A program made the translations under genes and the position numbers. A stretch of DNA of 64,000 nt. It comes from Bacillales bacterium UBA4100. Lineage in GTDB: Bacteria; Bacillota; Bacilli; Paenibacillales; UBA4045. The notes beneath the pieces are model-generated. The model was not told the DNA's origin. It saw only the letters and a program-made list of their open reading frames with translations, and did no database searches. Location of the stretch: the NCBI GenBank assembly GCA_002383285.1, contig DFXU01000002.1, positions 3 through 64,002 on the forward strand. Reading direction: 5' to 3'. Shown in pieces: positions 29,294 to 39,435 of this stretch (positions are counted from its first letter, which is position 1; every line of letters begins with the position of its first letter).

Positions 29294-29818
29294 ATGTTAT
29301 ATGATTACAAAGGAATAATGCCTAGCGTAAATAAGGGTGCTTTTATTGCAGAGGGAGTTAGAATTATTGGAGATGTGAGCATCGAACAAGATTGCTCAAT
29401 TTGGTATAATGCTGTACTGCGAGGTGACTTGGCATCAATCCGAATAGGACAGAGGTCGAACATTCAGGATGGTTCGATTGCACATGTTAATGTCAATCAA
29501 CCACTCCTCGTTGGTGAAGAGGTTTCTGTTGGTCATGGAGCAATCATTCATGGCTGCACAATCGGAAGAGGGGCATTAATAGGTATGGGAGCTATTATTC
29601 TGAATGGCGCGGTCATCGGGGAATATGCACTTATTGGAGCTGGCTCCATCGTAACTGAGAATAAAGTCATACCACCATATACCCTATCTTTAGGCTCGCC
29701 TGCTAGAGTTGTTCGTGAACTAAATGCTGAGGATCTTAATCGTATGAAGCTTACCGCCGAAAGTTATGTTCTAAGAGGGCGGGAATACCGTGATAATGAA
29801 GAAGGTGAGCAGCAATGA
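29294..29818 (+). CDS. Gamma-carbonic anhydrase-family / hexapeptide-repeat protein
   Basis: 174 aa with a left-handed beta-helix repeat pattern. NAVLRGD...IQDGSIAHV is typical of the YrdA/PaaY-like family. Confidence 0.85.
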   Translation: MLYDYKGIMPSVNKGAFIAEGVRIIGDVSIEQDCSIWYNAVLRGDLASIRIGQRSNIQDGSIAHVNVNQPLLVGEEVSVGHGAIIHGCTIGRGALIGMGAIILNGAVIGEYALIGAGSIVTENKVIPPYTLSLGSPARVVRELNAEDLNRMKLTAESYVLRGREYRDNEEGEQQ

Positions 29819-30237
29819 AGTTTAGCGATATCAACGAAGATCAGTGGCCTGAGCTTAAGCCATATTTAGATACGATCTTACTTCCTGTAACGGGCTTAAG
29901 TGGATTAGAAGAGCCGTGGGAAGCTGTGAGGGGGCTCGAGGAGTTAAGAGATTTGATTGATGCGGCTGAAGCGCCATTTCGAGGACGTATTATTGTATAT
30001 CCAGCTTATCATTATCTATCAGAAGCTTCCTTAGAGGACGAGCTTCGTATTGTTTGCAGGCGTATGCGTACTAATGGATTTGCCTATGTTATCTTAGCAA
30101 TAAGAGGAGATGCTAGACTTCAGGCTGACAATGATTTTAGTAATCTCGTATTATCCTATTCCAATTATAAAGGTTTATCTGTTGGAGAAATGAAGAAGGA
30201 TGTGCAGGGAAAAATCATTTCAATATGGCGTACTTAG
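29815..30237 (+). CDS. YpiF-like protein (DUF2487-type)
   Basis: 140 aa. Position immediately upstream of qcrABC as for ypiF in B. subtilis. N-terminal W.ELKPYLDT.LLPVTGL. Confidence 0.55.
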   Translation: MKFSDINEDQWPELKPYLDTILLPVTGLSGLEEPWEAVRGLEELRDLIDAAEAPFRGRIIVYPAYHYLSEASLEDELRIVCRRMRTNGFAYVILAIRGDARLQADNDFSNLVLSYSNYKGLSVGEMKKDVQGKIISIWRT

Positions 30238-30262
30238 CTGTCTGCTTCGAACATGTGACAAT

Positions 30263-30290
30263 TTGTGAACATTTCCAGTGTGATTATAAT
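30263..30290 (+). promoter_or_regulatory. Sigma-A-like promoter TTGTGA-16-TATAAT upstream of qcrA
   Basis: Hexamers read directly. A second candidate, TTGACT-18-TATTAT, begins at 30311. Confidence 0.4.
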
Positions 30291-30398
30291 CATAATTAGA
30301 GCGGAATTCTTGACTGCCTGCGAGCGTGTGAGCTATTATATTTATGTTCGTAATATTATTCTGGAATTATAATGAAGTGAAATAAGGGGGTAGTGAGC

Positions 30399-30944
30399 AT
30401 GAGTGATATTCATAAACAAGATAAGCACCCTTCAGGTGAGAAGCCTATATTGAAGAAGGAAATGTCCCGCAGACAATTTCTAACCTACACCCTTGGGGGA
30501 ACAGGCGGTTTCATGGCTGCATTACCGTTAATCCCGATGCTGCGATTTGCTGTTGATCCTCTTCTGCAAGCGAAGGGCGAAGGCGATTGGGTGAAGGTTG
30601 TCGAGGAAGGTAAAATTACTGCCGAGCCTCAAGAATTTACTTTTAGTAAATTACAGGTTGATGGCTGGTACAGCAGTGAACCAGAGTTCGCTGCATGGAT
30701 TACAAAGGATGAGAATAACAAGATTTTTGCGTTATCCCCAATCTGTAAGCATTTAGGTTGTACCATTACATGGAATACGAAAGAAGAGCATCCAGATCAG
30801 TATTTCTGCCCTTGTCATGGGGCGCGCTATACTAAGGATGGCAAGGATCTCGCCGTTGCATCCATACCGCTTGATCAGTATGACGTGAAAGTGGAGAATG
30901 GGTTCGTTTATTTAGGTACTGTGATGCCTAACAAAAGGGTATAG
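30399..30944 (+). CDS. qcrA: Menaquinol-cytochrome c reductase Rieske iron-sulfur subunit
   Basis: ATG 30399 lies 8 nt after AAGGGGG. Rieske motifs CKHLGC and CPCHGA. Tat-like RRQFL signal. Confidence 0.95.
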   Translation: MSDIHKQDKHPSGEKPILKKEMSRRQFLTYTLGGTGGFMAALPLIPMLRFAVDPLLQAKGEGDWVKVVEEGKITAEPQEFTFSKLQVDGWYSSEPEFAAWITKDENNKIFALSPICKHLGCTITWNTKEEHPDQYFCPCHGARYTKDGKDLAVASIPLDQYDVKVENGFVYLGTVMPNKRV

Positions 30945-30961
30945 GAGGAGGCATAAATCAG

Positions 30962-31633
30962 ATGTTGAAAAACGTATATAACTGGATTGACGAACGTCTT
31001 GATATTACGCCGATGTGGCGGGACGTAGCCGATCATGAAGTTCCTGAGCACGTTAATCCTGCACACCATTTCTCAGCATTCGTCTATTGCTTTGGTGGTT
31101 TGACGTTCTTCATTACTGTTATTCAGATCCTATCAGGTATGTTTCTGACCATGTATTATGTTCCAGATATTATTAATGCTTATGCGAGCGTCGATTACTT
31201 GCAGCATAAGGTTGCTTTCGGTGCGATTGTAAGAGGCATGCATCACTGGGGAGCTAGTTTAGTTATCGTTATGATGTTCCTACATACTCTTCGCGTATTC
31301 TTCACCGGATCTTACAAGAACCCGCGCGAGATGAACTGGGTTGTGGGCGTAATGATTTTCTTTGTTATGCTAGGTTTAGGTTTAACGGGATACTTGCTTC
31401 CGTGGGACAATAAAGCATATTTTGCAACAAAGGTTACTATGGAGATCACGTCTTCTGCGCCTTTCGTTGGGGAATATATCAAATCTTTATTACAGGGTGG
31501 AGATATCGTCGGTGCCCAAACGTTAACCCGCTTCTTCGCGATTCACGTGTTCTTCCTTCCTGGTGTTCTCCTTGGTTTATTGGGAGCCCATTTCTTCATG
31601 ATTCGCAAACAAGGTATATCTGGACCGCTATAA
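30962..31633 (+). CDS. qcrB: Menaquinol-cytochrome c reductase cytochrome b subunit
   Basis: 223 aa cytochrome b6-like protein with conserved His pairs. Confidence 0.95.
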   Translation: MLKNVYNWIDERLDITPMWRDVADHEVPEHVNPAHHFSAFVYCFGGLTFFITVIQILSGMFLTMYYVPDIINAYASVDYLQHKVAFGAIVRGMHHWGASLVIVMMFLHTLRVFFTGSYKNPREMNWVVGVMIFFVMLGLGLTGYLLPWDNKAYFATKVTMEITSSAPFVGEYIKSLLQGGDIVGAQTLTRFFAIHVFFLPGVLLGLLGAHFFMIRKQGISGPL

Positions 31634-31661
31634 AACTTTTAACCGAAAGGAGGAGAATGGT

Positions 31662-32537
31662 GTGGCGCACAAACACGACCAAGAAAAGATCCACTATGTT
31701 GGCGATTCTCGAGTTCCCATTAAGTCTGACAGACCCATTCCGCAGGACTATACCGCTTATCCGGGAAAGTCAGAAGCTTTCGTTCCAAATTTCTTGCTGA
31801 AGGAATGGATGGTTGGAGCAGTTGTGCTCGTTGGTTTCATGGTACTTGTATTAACGCATCCTGCTCCACTAGGTTATCTTGCAGATCCTCTAAATGCTAA
31901 TTTCATTCCAATGCCGGACTGGTATTTCTTATTCATGTATCAGCTTCTGAAATACCCGTATACATCTGAGAATTTTAAGATATTGGGTACGATCGTTATT
32001 CCGACCTTAGCATTCGGAGCTTTAATGCTGGCTCCATTCCTAGATACAAGTAAAGAGAGAAGATTTTATCGCAGACCAATTGCATCCTCGCTTATGATTT
32101 TCTCGATCATTGCTGTGTTCTATTTGACTGTAGCATCTTGGACTCACTATCAGCATGAGCTTGAGGCTAGAGGAATTACACCAGAACACTTCCTTAAGGA
32201 AGAAGAGGTTATGGCTAGCAAGGGTAAACCTCCTGCGGCGAGTAAGCCTAATCCTGCATCGCTCGCTATTGTAGCCGAGGATGATCCAGGGGCAGATATT
32301 TACAGCAGAGCCACCTGTATAGCATGTCATGGTGACAGCTTGAAGGGTAATGCCTCCATTCCGCCTTTACGTGGTATAGGTGATGTGTACACACAAGAAG
32401 AAATCATGGATATTATCAAGAACGGTAAGGGCGGTATGGCTGCACAATATGATCAGAATATTGATGCTGGATTGACCGCTGAGGATATTGATACATTGGC
32501 AGGCTGGCTTGCTCTTCAGAAGGCACCTGTAGAATAA
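31662..32537 (+). CDS. qcrC: Menaquinol-cytochrome c reductase cytochrome b/c subunit
   Basis: GTG start after AAGGAGGA. Subunit-IV-like TM region plus a C-terminal CIACH heme c site. Confidence 0.93.
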   Translation: MAHKHDQEKIHYVGDSRVPIKSDRPIPQDYTAYPGKSEAFVPNFLLKEWMVGAVVLVGFMVLVLTHPAPLGYLADPLNANFIPMPDWYFLFMYQLLKYPYTSENFKILGTIVIPTLAFGALMLAPFLDTSKERRFYRRPIASSLMIFSIIAVFYLTVASWTHYQHELEARGITPEHFLKEEEVMASKGKPPAASKPNPASLAIVAEDDPGADIYSRATCIACHGDSLKGNASIPPLRGIGDVYTQEEIMDIIKNGKGGMAAQYDQNIDAGLTAEDIDTLAGWLALQKAPVE

Positions 32538-32552
32538 TGCGCTTCAGCACAG

Positions 32553-32586
32553 AGCCTGACCGGAACACCGGTTAGGCTTTTTTTTG
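32553..32586 (+). terminator. Intrinsic terminator after qcrC
   Basis: AGCCTGACCGG/CCGGTTAGGCT stem followed by T8. Confidence 0.85.
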
Positions 32587-32602
32587 GAAAGGGGCTATAC
32601 GT

Positions 32603-33283
32603 GTGACTAATGCACAGATGAATGAGGATTCGATGTGGCGATTTTTCTGGAGCGAGAACTTTTTCTTCTCAAGAGCGATGTTATGGTTATTATTTCTTAC
32701 GAATGCTGGCGGTACGGTATATGGTTACATGTGGTATGGGAATCAGTTGCAGCATACGTATACAACGATGGACCGATGGTTATTGCCCTTCGTTCCGGAC
32801 AGTCCAACAGCGAGCTTGTTCTTTACACTTTCATTGTTCTATATGATCATCGATCGTTCTATTATGCGTGAAGCGAATCACTCGCGAATATATAAAGCGA
32901 TTAGAGCTTTTGTTGATGCTTTCGCAATAGTTACGTCAGTCAAGTATGGGATATGGGCAGTTGCTATGATTGCTGCCGGAGGTGCTCAGGGTGACCCCAT
33001 CGTATGGAAGGAATGGATGTTAGTTGTTTCGCACCTTGGTATGGTGGTGCAGGTCATCTTGTTCTCGCGTTACATGCGTTTCGGTCAACTATCAATTGTG
33101 TTTGTCGGGATTTGGGTATTGATTAATGATTATCTCGATTATCATAGTATGATTTACCCGTGGCTACCGAGAATCTTAGAGGATGATTTATCAATAATTG
33201 AATTTTTCACTGTGTTCTTGAGCATATTCGGATTATTAACAGCGTATGTCATCTATAAATTAAGAGCGAAACGAATTCAATAG
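32603..33283 (+). CDS. YpjA-like integral membrane protein (DUF1405-type)
   Basis: 226 aa polytopic membrane protein in the syntenic position after qcrC. Confidence 0.6.
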   Translation: MTNAQMNEDSMWRFFWSENFFFSRAMLWLLFLTNAGGTVYGYMWYGNQLQHTYTTMDRWLLPFVPDSPTASLFFTLSLFYMIIDRSIMREANHSRIYKAIRAFVDAFAIVTSVKYGIWAVAMIAAGGAQGDPIVWKEWMLVVSHLGMVVQVILFSRYMRFGQLSIVFVGIWVLINDYLDYHSMIYPWLPRILEDDLSIIEFFTVFLSIFGLLTAYVIYKLRAKRIQ

Positions 33284-33302
33284 CAAAGATAAGGTCTAAG
33301 AT

Positions 33303-33342
33303 GGGACAAACCTCCATATGATGTGTTGAGGAGGGATGTCCC
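33303..33342 (+). promoter_or_regulatory. Hairpin sequestering the ypjB Shine-Dalgarno
   Basis: GGGACAaaCCTCC (33303-33315) pairs with GGAGGgaTGTCCC (33330-33342): 11 bp, of which 8 are G:C. The ATG at 33343 abuts the stem. Confidence 0.45.
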
Positions 33343-34149
33343 ATGTTGCGTTACTGGTTTCTATTCATTATAAGTATGATGATTGTAATCATGGCTACGG
33401 GCTGCGTTCAACAATCAAATGGACAAGCAACCGAGTTAGTTATTAGTGAGCACCAAGTGAAGACATTCAAGCTGTTAAATGATTCTGCAGAGTCTATGTA
33501 TAGTCACGCTAAGAGTAAAAAGTATGATGAAGCTCGTATCGAGCTGGAACGATTCAGTCATCTCCTTACGACGGTAACCTATGAGGGTATCACTACATTA
33601 GAGGGTGTCAATGCATTAACACAGACCGTTGTAGCAGCACGTCGAACATACAATAAAGTTCAGATTTCTGAGAAGGATGCATTAATTGCAGCAACACAAT
33701 TACGATTTATTGCCGACGCGTTAACTCACCAGAATAACCCGATGTGGTTAGAATATGAGCCAATATTGAAGCAGGATGCTGAGCTGCTTCAGAGAATGGT
33801 TAAGCTGAATGATGATGTTGGCTCCCTATCGGCTTTCCAGAAGCTTTACAATCATTATCGTATTATTCAGCCATCTGTTATCATAACAAGGGAGGCAGCT
33901 CTTGTAAAGCAGGTTCAGTCATTATTCAACTTCTTAACAGCGGAACTATCGCGCGGGAAAGTCAATTATCAGACCGTAGATCAAGGTCTGAATCACCTTC
34001 CTAATGTGCTGAATGAATTGTTCGGTAAAGCTAGCCAAACCACAGTACCTCTTATGATCGAGCAGAATAATGTGATTTGGACATCCTTCATAGCAACGAT
34101 AATCATCAGTGCATTAGTATATGTGGCATGGAGGAGATATAGGGTGTGA
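33343..34149 (+). CDS. ypjB: Sporulation protein YpjB-like
   Basis: 268 aa with N-terminal signal/lipobox-like ATGC and a C-terminal TM. Syntenic with B. subtilis ypjB. Confidence 0.65.
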   Translation: MLRYWFLFIISMMIVIMATGCVQQSNGQATELVISEHQVKTFKLLNDSAESMYSHAKSKKYDEARIELERFSHLLTTVTYEGITTLEGVNALTQTVVAARRTYNKVQISEKDALIAATQLRFIADALTHQNNPMWLEYEPILKQDAELLQRMVKLNDDVGSLSAFQKLYNHYRIIQPSVIITREAALVKQVQSLFNFLTAELSRGKVNYQTVDQGLNHLPNVLNELFGKASQTTVPLMIEQNNVIWTSFIATIIISALVYVAWRRYRV

Positions 34150-34156
34150 GAACTGT

Positions 34157-35035
34157 TTACTCCATCCTGAATCCCTCACCTAATACATCGTGTACATCAC
34201 TGATGACTAGGAAGGCTTTGGGGTCAACCTCTCGAACTAGAGCCCTCATTCGTCGCATCTCATGACGATAGACAACACAGTAGACGACCTGTTTGGGCTC
34301 TTGTGAGAATGCACCTTTGGCCGGGAATAAGGTTACTCCTCGATCGATCTCTCTTGTAATTGCTGAAGCTATCGCTTCAGAATGATTCGTTATAATTGTG
34401 AAGGCTTTGGCAGCATAAGCTCCCTCCTGAATAAAGTCGATCATCCTTGAAGCAATAAAGACGGTTACCAGAGTGTAGAGTACTTTTTCTTTAGGGATAT
34501 AGAATAGAGAAGCTGAAATGACAACAACATCCATGATTAGAATGAACTGCCCCATACTCCAACCCCATTTTTTCTGAACGATTCTTGCAATAATATCTGA
34601 TCCTCCCGTTGTTGCTCCATATCGGAATACAATTCCCAAACCCGTACCTAATGTCACCCCTGCATATAGTGCTACAAGTAAGTAATCCTCCTGTGTATAG
34701 AATGGATCTAACCATTGAAATTTGATAGCAACCTCCATCACCCATAAGAATAATGAAAGAGATAGCGTACCGAATATGGTTGACGCCATTGTGAATTTAC
34801 CGAAGACATACCACCCAAGGACGAATAAAGGGATATTCAGTACAAGCGTTGTTATAGATGGAGGAAGGGATAGGGAGTAGTTGAGTAATATTGCGATCCC
34901 TGTGATTCCCCCTTCCATTAATAAGTTTGGGATGATGAAGTAATGCAGACCGAATGCATAGATGGCTGTACCAAGCATGATTGGGAGATAGTGATTAAAT
35001 AAGCCTTTTAGAATCGATTTAAGCATCTCGTGCAC
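34157..35035 (-). CDS. YitT-family membrane protein (YpjC-like)
   Basis: 292 aa. Multiple TM segments plus a C-terminal DUF2179-like soluble domain. Confidence 0.75.
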   Translation of the reverse strand: MHEMLKSILKGLFNHYLPIMLGTAIYAFGLHYFIIPNLLMEGGITGIAILLNYSLSLPPSITTLVLNIPLFVLGWYVFGKFTMASTIFGTLSLSLFLWVMEVAIKFQWLDPFYTQEDYLLVALYAGVTLGTGLGIVFRYGATTGGSDIIARIVQKKWGWSMGQFILIMDVVVISASLFYIPKEKVLYTLVTVFIASRMIDFIQEGAYAAKAFTIITNHSEAIASAITREIDRGVTLFPAKGAFSQEPKQVVYCVVYRHEMRRMRALVREVDPKAFLVISDVHDVLGEGFRME

Positions 35036-35091
35036 TCCTTAAAGTTGACGGTGTTTGCTATGAGTGTTACTTGTGGGATATTTGCAAGAAA

Positions 35092-35119
35092 TTGAAGTTG
35101 TATACCTTGCTAGTATAAT
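35092..35119 (+). promoter_or_regulatory. Sigma-A-like promoter TTGAAG-16-TATAAT upstream of ypjD
   Basis: Hexamers read directly from the sequence. Confidence 0.4.
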
Positions 35120-35239
35120 CAATTGCTCACCAATCCAACAAGCAAATCCATCATTGTGTTCAAAGCATCTTTAAGTTAACATGGATATTGTACTGAATGC
35201 ATGTAGCTTGGAAGTTGAGATCATGGAAGGAATAAAGCT

Positions 35240-35575
35240 ATGTCAGAAAAATCAATGCAGCATATGCAACAGGAAGTAGATCAATACATATCGCAATTTA
35301 AAGAAGGCTACTTCGCGCCATTGTCTATGCTTGCTCGTATGACTGAAGAGGTTGGAGAGCTGGCAAGAGAGGTTAATCATCTCTATGGTGAGAAACCTAA
35401 GAAGGCTACAGAAGCTGATAATTCCATTGAGCTGGAGCTTGGAGATATTCTGTTCATTACGATCTGCTTTGCTAACTCATTAGGGGTTGATCTAGGTGAA
35501 TCGTTCGATCAAGTGATGCAGAAATTCCAAACGAGGGATAAGAATCGTTGGACGCCTATTAACACAGAATCGTAG
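35240..35575 (+). CDS. ypjD: MazG-like nucleotide pyrophosphohydrolase (YpjD-like)
   Basis: 111 aa with the EEVGELARE...ELGDILF MazG EExxE motif pattern. Confidence 0.85.
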   Translation: MSEKSMQHMQQEVDQYISQFKEGYFAPLSMLARMTEEVGELAREVNHLYGEKPKKATEADNSIELELGDILFITICFANSLGVDLGESFDQVMQKFQTRDKNRWTPINTES

Positions 35576-35632
35576 TGAGCTTCATATGCTGTATCATCAA
35601 CCTTCGTTAAATTGGAAGGAGGGTGGTTGTAT

Positions 35633-36148
35633 ATGGACGGGAAATATTACATTCAAAAGGCATATGAATCTATCATTCGACAGGACTTCGAGCAGGCCAT
35701 TGAATCGTTCGAGAAGGCAGTTTCTCTCGAGCCAATTAATGCATTCTATCGTTATAGCCTATCCATCACGTATGCACGTAGTAATAAGCTGAGCAAGGCT
35801 ATTGAGCACGCAGAAGAAGCTTGTCGCCTTGCATCTCAACCAGATAATTACTTATTGCATCTGAATACGCTCAAAGCCAAAAGCCTGCTTCTACAAGCAG
35901 AGCAATGGTTATATAAAGATCATCAACGATTGGGTGAAGCCGAAGCTTTGTTGAAGCTTGCCATTCAGCTGGATCCGTTATCACTAGAAGCACTTCTCAT
36001 GCTGGCGCTAGCCTATGGGATCCAAGAACGATATAATGAGGCTGTCTTCATCTTGATGGAAGCATCCAAATTAGACCCGCAGCATGCAGAAGTTAAGCAG
36101 CTTCTTACTGACTATGAATTAATGATGCAGAAGCATAAGTACAATTAA
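35633..36148 (+). CDS. Tetratricopeptide-repeat protein
   Basis: 171 aa of repeated A/L/Y-rich 34-residue helical units. Start ATG 35633 is probable. Confidence 0.6.
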   Translation: MDGKYYIQKAYESIIRQDFEQAIESFEKAVSLEPINAFYRYSLSITYARSNKLSKAIEHAEEACRLASQPDNYLLHLNTLKAKSLLLQAEQWLYKDHQRLGEAEALLKLAIQLDPLSLEALLMLALAYGIQERYNEAVFILMEASKLDPQHAEVKQLLTDYELMMQKHKYN

Positions 36149-36202
36149 TCTTAGGTTATATATCCAAGAACTTAGACGGAGAAAGGATTTCGGTGAATAT
36201 TC

Positions 36203-37009
36203 ATGTCAGAGCAACGAATTCGCGTAATTGTAACAGGAGCAGGTGGTCGCATGGGGCGAGAGGTCGTTCGGATGGTTATGGATGACCCAGAATTGATGCT
36301 TGTCGCAGCTGTTGATCCTACTAATGTTGGAATTGATGCTGGTAAGCTTATTGGAACAGAGCCGTGTGGCGTTATTGTCTCTGATGATTTGGAGCTCTCA
36401 CTTGTAGAATCTAGGGCAGATGTAATGGTGGATTTCACAACCCCACATACAGTATTGATGAATACCAAGCTAGCTATCCGTCATGGAGTGAGACCTGTCA
36501 TCGGAACGACAGGATTCTCTCCGAGTGAGATCGAAGAGCTGGACAAGCTTAGTCTGGAGAAGGGGATTGGTGGAATCATCGCGCCAAACTTCTCAATTGG
36601 TGCTATTCTTATGATGAAGTTCGCTGCACAAGCATCTAAGTACTTCCCAGATCTCGAAATTATAGAATATCACGGAGATCAGAAGCTGGATGCACCATCT
36701 GGTACTGCTGTAAAAACGGCAGAATTAATCTCAGAAGTGCGCAAGGAGCATCGGCAGGGTAATCCTATAGAGCATGAAACGATCGATGGATCTCGTGGCG
36801 GTTATTATAATGGTTTTCGCATTCATAGTGTTCGTCTACCTGGAGTATTTGCTCAGCAAGAGGTTATACTTGGCGGGTTCGGTCAATCTTTGAAAATTCG
36901 ACATGACTCTTATGATCGAGCTGCATATATGCCAGGTGTTAATGTAGCAGTGAAGAAGTCTATGGAGCTAACAGGTATCGTATACGGCTTTGAACATTTT
37001 ATTGATTAA
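36203..37009 (+). CDS. dapB: 4-hydroxy-tetrahydrodipicolinate reductase
   Basis: 268 aa. VTGAGGRMGREV NAD fold and the EYHGDQKLDAPSGTA catalytic motif. Confidence 0.96.
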   Translation: MSEQRIRVIVTGAGGRMGREVVRMVMDDPELMLVAAVDPTNVGIDAGKLIGTEPCGVIVSDDLELSLVESRADVMVDFTTPHTVLMNTKLAIRHGVRPVIGTTGFSPSEIEELDKLSLEKGIGGIIAPNFSIGAILMMKFAAQASKYFPDLEIIEYHGDQKLDAPSGTAVKTAELISEVRKEHRQGNPIEHETIDGSRGGYYNGFRIHSVRLPGVFAQQEVILGGFGQSLKIRHDSYDRAAYMPGVNVAVKKSMELTGIVYGFEHFID

Positions 37010-37075
37010 AAAATCAATTATATAATCAAATACTCGCTGCTTCAATAATAGGTGGGTTTAACAGGGAGTGTCCTA

Positions 37076-37495
37076 ATGATGAATATAGCTCTGGTTGCGC
37101 ATGATCGCAAAAAAGACGAGATGGTTAACTTTGTAATTGCATATGAACATGTCTTTGTGCGCCATTCCTTATATGCTACTGGAACAACTGGTTTACGAAT
37201 TATGGAACAAACCGGCCTAACGATAACTAGATTTATGTCAGGCCCACTTGGTGGCGATCAACAAATCGGCGCAATGGTAGCTAAGAATGAAATGGATTTA
37301 ATTGTATTCTTGCGGGACCCATTAATGGCACAGCCCCATGAGCCAGATATAAGTGCATTATTGAGGTTATGTGATGTACAAGGTATTCCACTAGCTACCA
37401 ATGTGGCAACAGCTGAAATTCTGATTAAAGCGCTTGATCGTGGTGATTTTGCATGGAGAGAGCTTGTACATAAATATAAGCCAGGTGAAGTATGA
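37076..37495 (+). CDS. mgsA: Methylglyoxal synthase
   Basis: [15 protein letters not shown]-terminus and [11 protein letters not shown] motif. Start is ATG 37076 or 37079. Confidence 0.94.
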   Translation: MMNIALVAHDRKKDEMVNFVIAYEHVFVRHSLYATGTTGLRIMEQTGLTITRFMSGPLGGDQQIGAMVAKNEMDLIVFLRDPLMAQPHEPDISALLRLCDVQGIPLATNVATAEILIKALDRGDFAWRELVHKYKPGEV

Positions 37496-38196
37496 TGAAT
37501 TCACATTCCCTTGATATTCTGGTGTTCGGTGCACATCCGGATGATGCAGAAATTGGCATGGGTGCAACGATATATAAGCATACTAAGGCAGGTCGACAAG
37601 TCGGGATGTGTGATTTAACTCACGCTGAGATGTCTTCTAATGGAACAGTAGAAACCCGTATACAAGAAGCTAATCTTGCATCAACTATTCTTGGACTTGC
37701 TACTAGAACAAACTTAGGGTTACCTGACCGAGGCTTGTTCATGAATGCGGAGACGATACAATTAATTACGCTAGAAATTCGTAAGCATCGACCACGAATC
37801 GTATTCGCTCCTTATTGGATAGATCGCCATCCAGACCACGTGATGTGCAGTAAGCTAGTGGATGAAGCGATATTTAATGCAAAGCTGCGCAATTATTTGC
37901 CTGATGTAGCTCCTGTAAGGGTGGAGAAATTATATTATTATTATATTAATGATCTTGATGAGCCTCAGCTCATTGTGGACGTGTCAGAGGAATATGATAT
38001 TAAGATGAGAGCACTTCAAGCTTATAAAACCCAGTTCGAGTCAGCGAGTGCAGAATTAAATTCCGTTCCAACACCGATTAATCAAGGTTTTCTAGAACGT
38101 ATTGAGGCTCAAGGTAAGATATTAGGTCAGAAGGTCAGCTGTACATATGCAGAAGGATTTGCGAGTAAATCGCCTGTTCAAATAGATTTATTCTAA
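37492..38196 (+). CDS. bshB1: N-acetyl-alpha-D-glucosaminyl L-malate deacetylase (bacillithiol synthesis)
   Basis: LmbE family ([15 protein letters not shown]). Sits between mgsA and bshA as in B. subtilis. Confidence 0.9.
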   Translation: MMNSHSLDILVFGAHPDDAEIGMGATIYKHTKAGRQVGMCDLTHAEMSSNGTVETRIQEANLASTILGLATRTNLGLPDRGLFMNAETIQLITLEIRKHRPRIVFAPYWIDRHPDHVMCSKLVDEAIFNAKLRNYLPDVAPVRVEKLYYYYINDLDEPQLIVDVSEEYDIKMRALQAYKTQFESASAELNSVPTPINQGFLERIEAQGKILGQKVSCTYAEGFASKSPVQIDLF

Positions 38197-38221
38197 CGAA
38201 TATGAGAGAAGGTACCAAGCT

Positions 38222-39379
38222 ATGCTCAAAATTGGAATTACTTGTTACCCTTCATTGGGTGGATCAGGTGTAGTTGCTACCGAGCTTGGAAAGCTCTTAG
38301 CTGAAAAGGGACATCAGGTCCATTTTATTACGCATAACATGCCATTTCGACTGGGACAATACCAGAAGAATATATTCTATCATGAAGTAGATGTGAATGA
38401 TTATTCCGTTTTTCGTTACCCACCCTACGATCTGTCTCTTGCAAGCAAGCAAGCACAGGTCGCGAAGATGCAAGAGCTTGATATCCTACATGTGCATTAT
38501 GCTGTGCCGCATGCGATCTGCGCATATCTTGCCAAGCAAATGGTGGGAGACCATCTTAAGGTAGTTACAACTTTACATGGTACGGATATAACAGTACTTG
38601 CGCAGGATGAATCACTCAGTGATTTGATACGATTAGCTATCAATGAGAGCGATGCAGTAACTGCTGTTTCGAACGACCTGATCCAAGAAACTCGCCGAGC
38701 ACTTGGAATCGTAAAGCCTATCGATTTAGTATATAACTTCGTGGACAAGAGAGTTTATTACCCGCGTGGCTGTGATATATTGAGAACGGAATATGCCGAG
38801 CCTCACGAGAAAATCCTAATGCACATATCTAATTTCCGCCCTGTCAAAAGGGTGGGAGATGTCATCGATATCTTCGCGAAAGTTAACGAAAAAATCCCAT
38901 CACGACTTCTATTAGTCGGAGAAGGTACAGAATTGCATAAAATTTGTAATCGAGTTAAGGAATTAGGACTTCAGAATCGGGTTGCTTTCCTAGGAAAGCA
39001 GGATGAAGTCGCTCAGATTATCTCCCTAGCCGATATTATGCTGCTGCCTTCTGAGAAGGAAAGCTTCGGGTTAGTTGCGTTGGAGGCGATGGCCTGTGGA
39101 GTGCCTACGGTTGCATCTAATGCAGGCGGAATCCCTGAATTAGTCACGCATGGGCGAACGGGATATCTGGCTCCGGTGGGTGATACGGATCTCATGAGTG
39201 AATATGTGATTCAATTATTATCCGATGAAGCACTATATCAAAGCTTCTCAGATGCATGTGTGGATACCGCACAATCACAATTCTGTGTTAAGCAATTGAC
39301 GGAGCAATATGAGCAAATCTATTATCGGATATTAGGACGGACTGCCAGGATCGAAGAACCTGCGTGCACTTCACAATAA
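38222..39379 (+). CDS. bshA: N-acetyl-alpha-D-glucosaminyl L-malate synthase (GT4 glycosyltransferase)
   Basis: 385 aa with [24 protein letters not shown]-terminus. E(x7)E GT4 C-terminal region. Confidence 0.9.
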   Translation: MLKIGITCYPSLGGSGVVATELGKLLAEKGHQVHFITHNMPFRLGQYQKNIFYHEVDVNDYSVFRYPPYDLSLASKQAQVAKMQELDILHVHYAVPHAICAYLAKQMVGDHLKVVTTLHGTDITVLAQDESLSDLIRLAINESDAVTAVSNDLIQETRRALGIVKPIDLVYNFVDKRVYYPRGCDILRTEYAEPHEKILMHISNFRPVKRVGDVIDIFAKVNEKIPSRLLLVGEGTELHKICNRVKELGLQNRVAFLGKQDEVAQIISLADIMLLPSEKESFGLVALEAMACGVPTVASNAGGIPELVTHGRTGYLAPVGDTDLMSEYVIQLLSDEALYQSFSDACVDTAQSQFCVKQLTEQYEQIYYRILGRTARIEEPACTSQ

Positions 39380-39435
39380 CGATTAGGGAACAAGCGAATT
39401 TATGTATCATTTGTTCTTAATGAAGGTGATGTATA

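Noticed and set aside
30254-30283. Rex/Fnr palindrome at the qcrA promoter.
   Set aside because: The TGTGA copies are all in direct orientation with no TCACA partner, so this is not a Rex/Fnr-type inverted repeat. It is kept only as a ResD-like direct-repeat candidate.
32622-32871. Two overlapping 74- and 78-aa + strand ORFs, plus multiple short ORFs in 12095-12475 and 62405-62775.
   Set aside because: They are alternative frames inside ypjA, hepT and fabV respectively, with no independent signals. They are artefacts of ORF calling.
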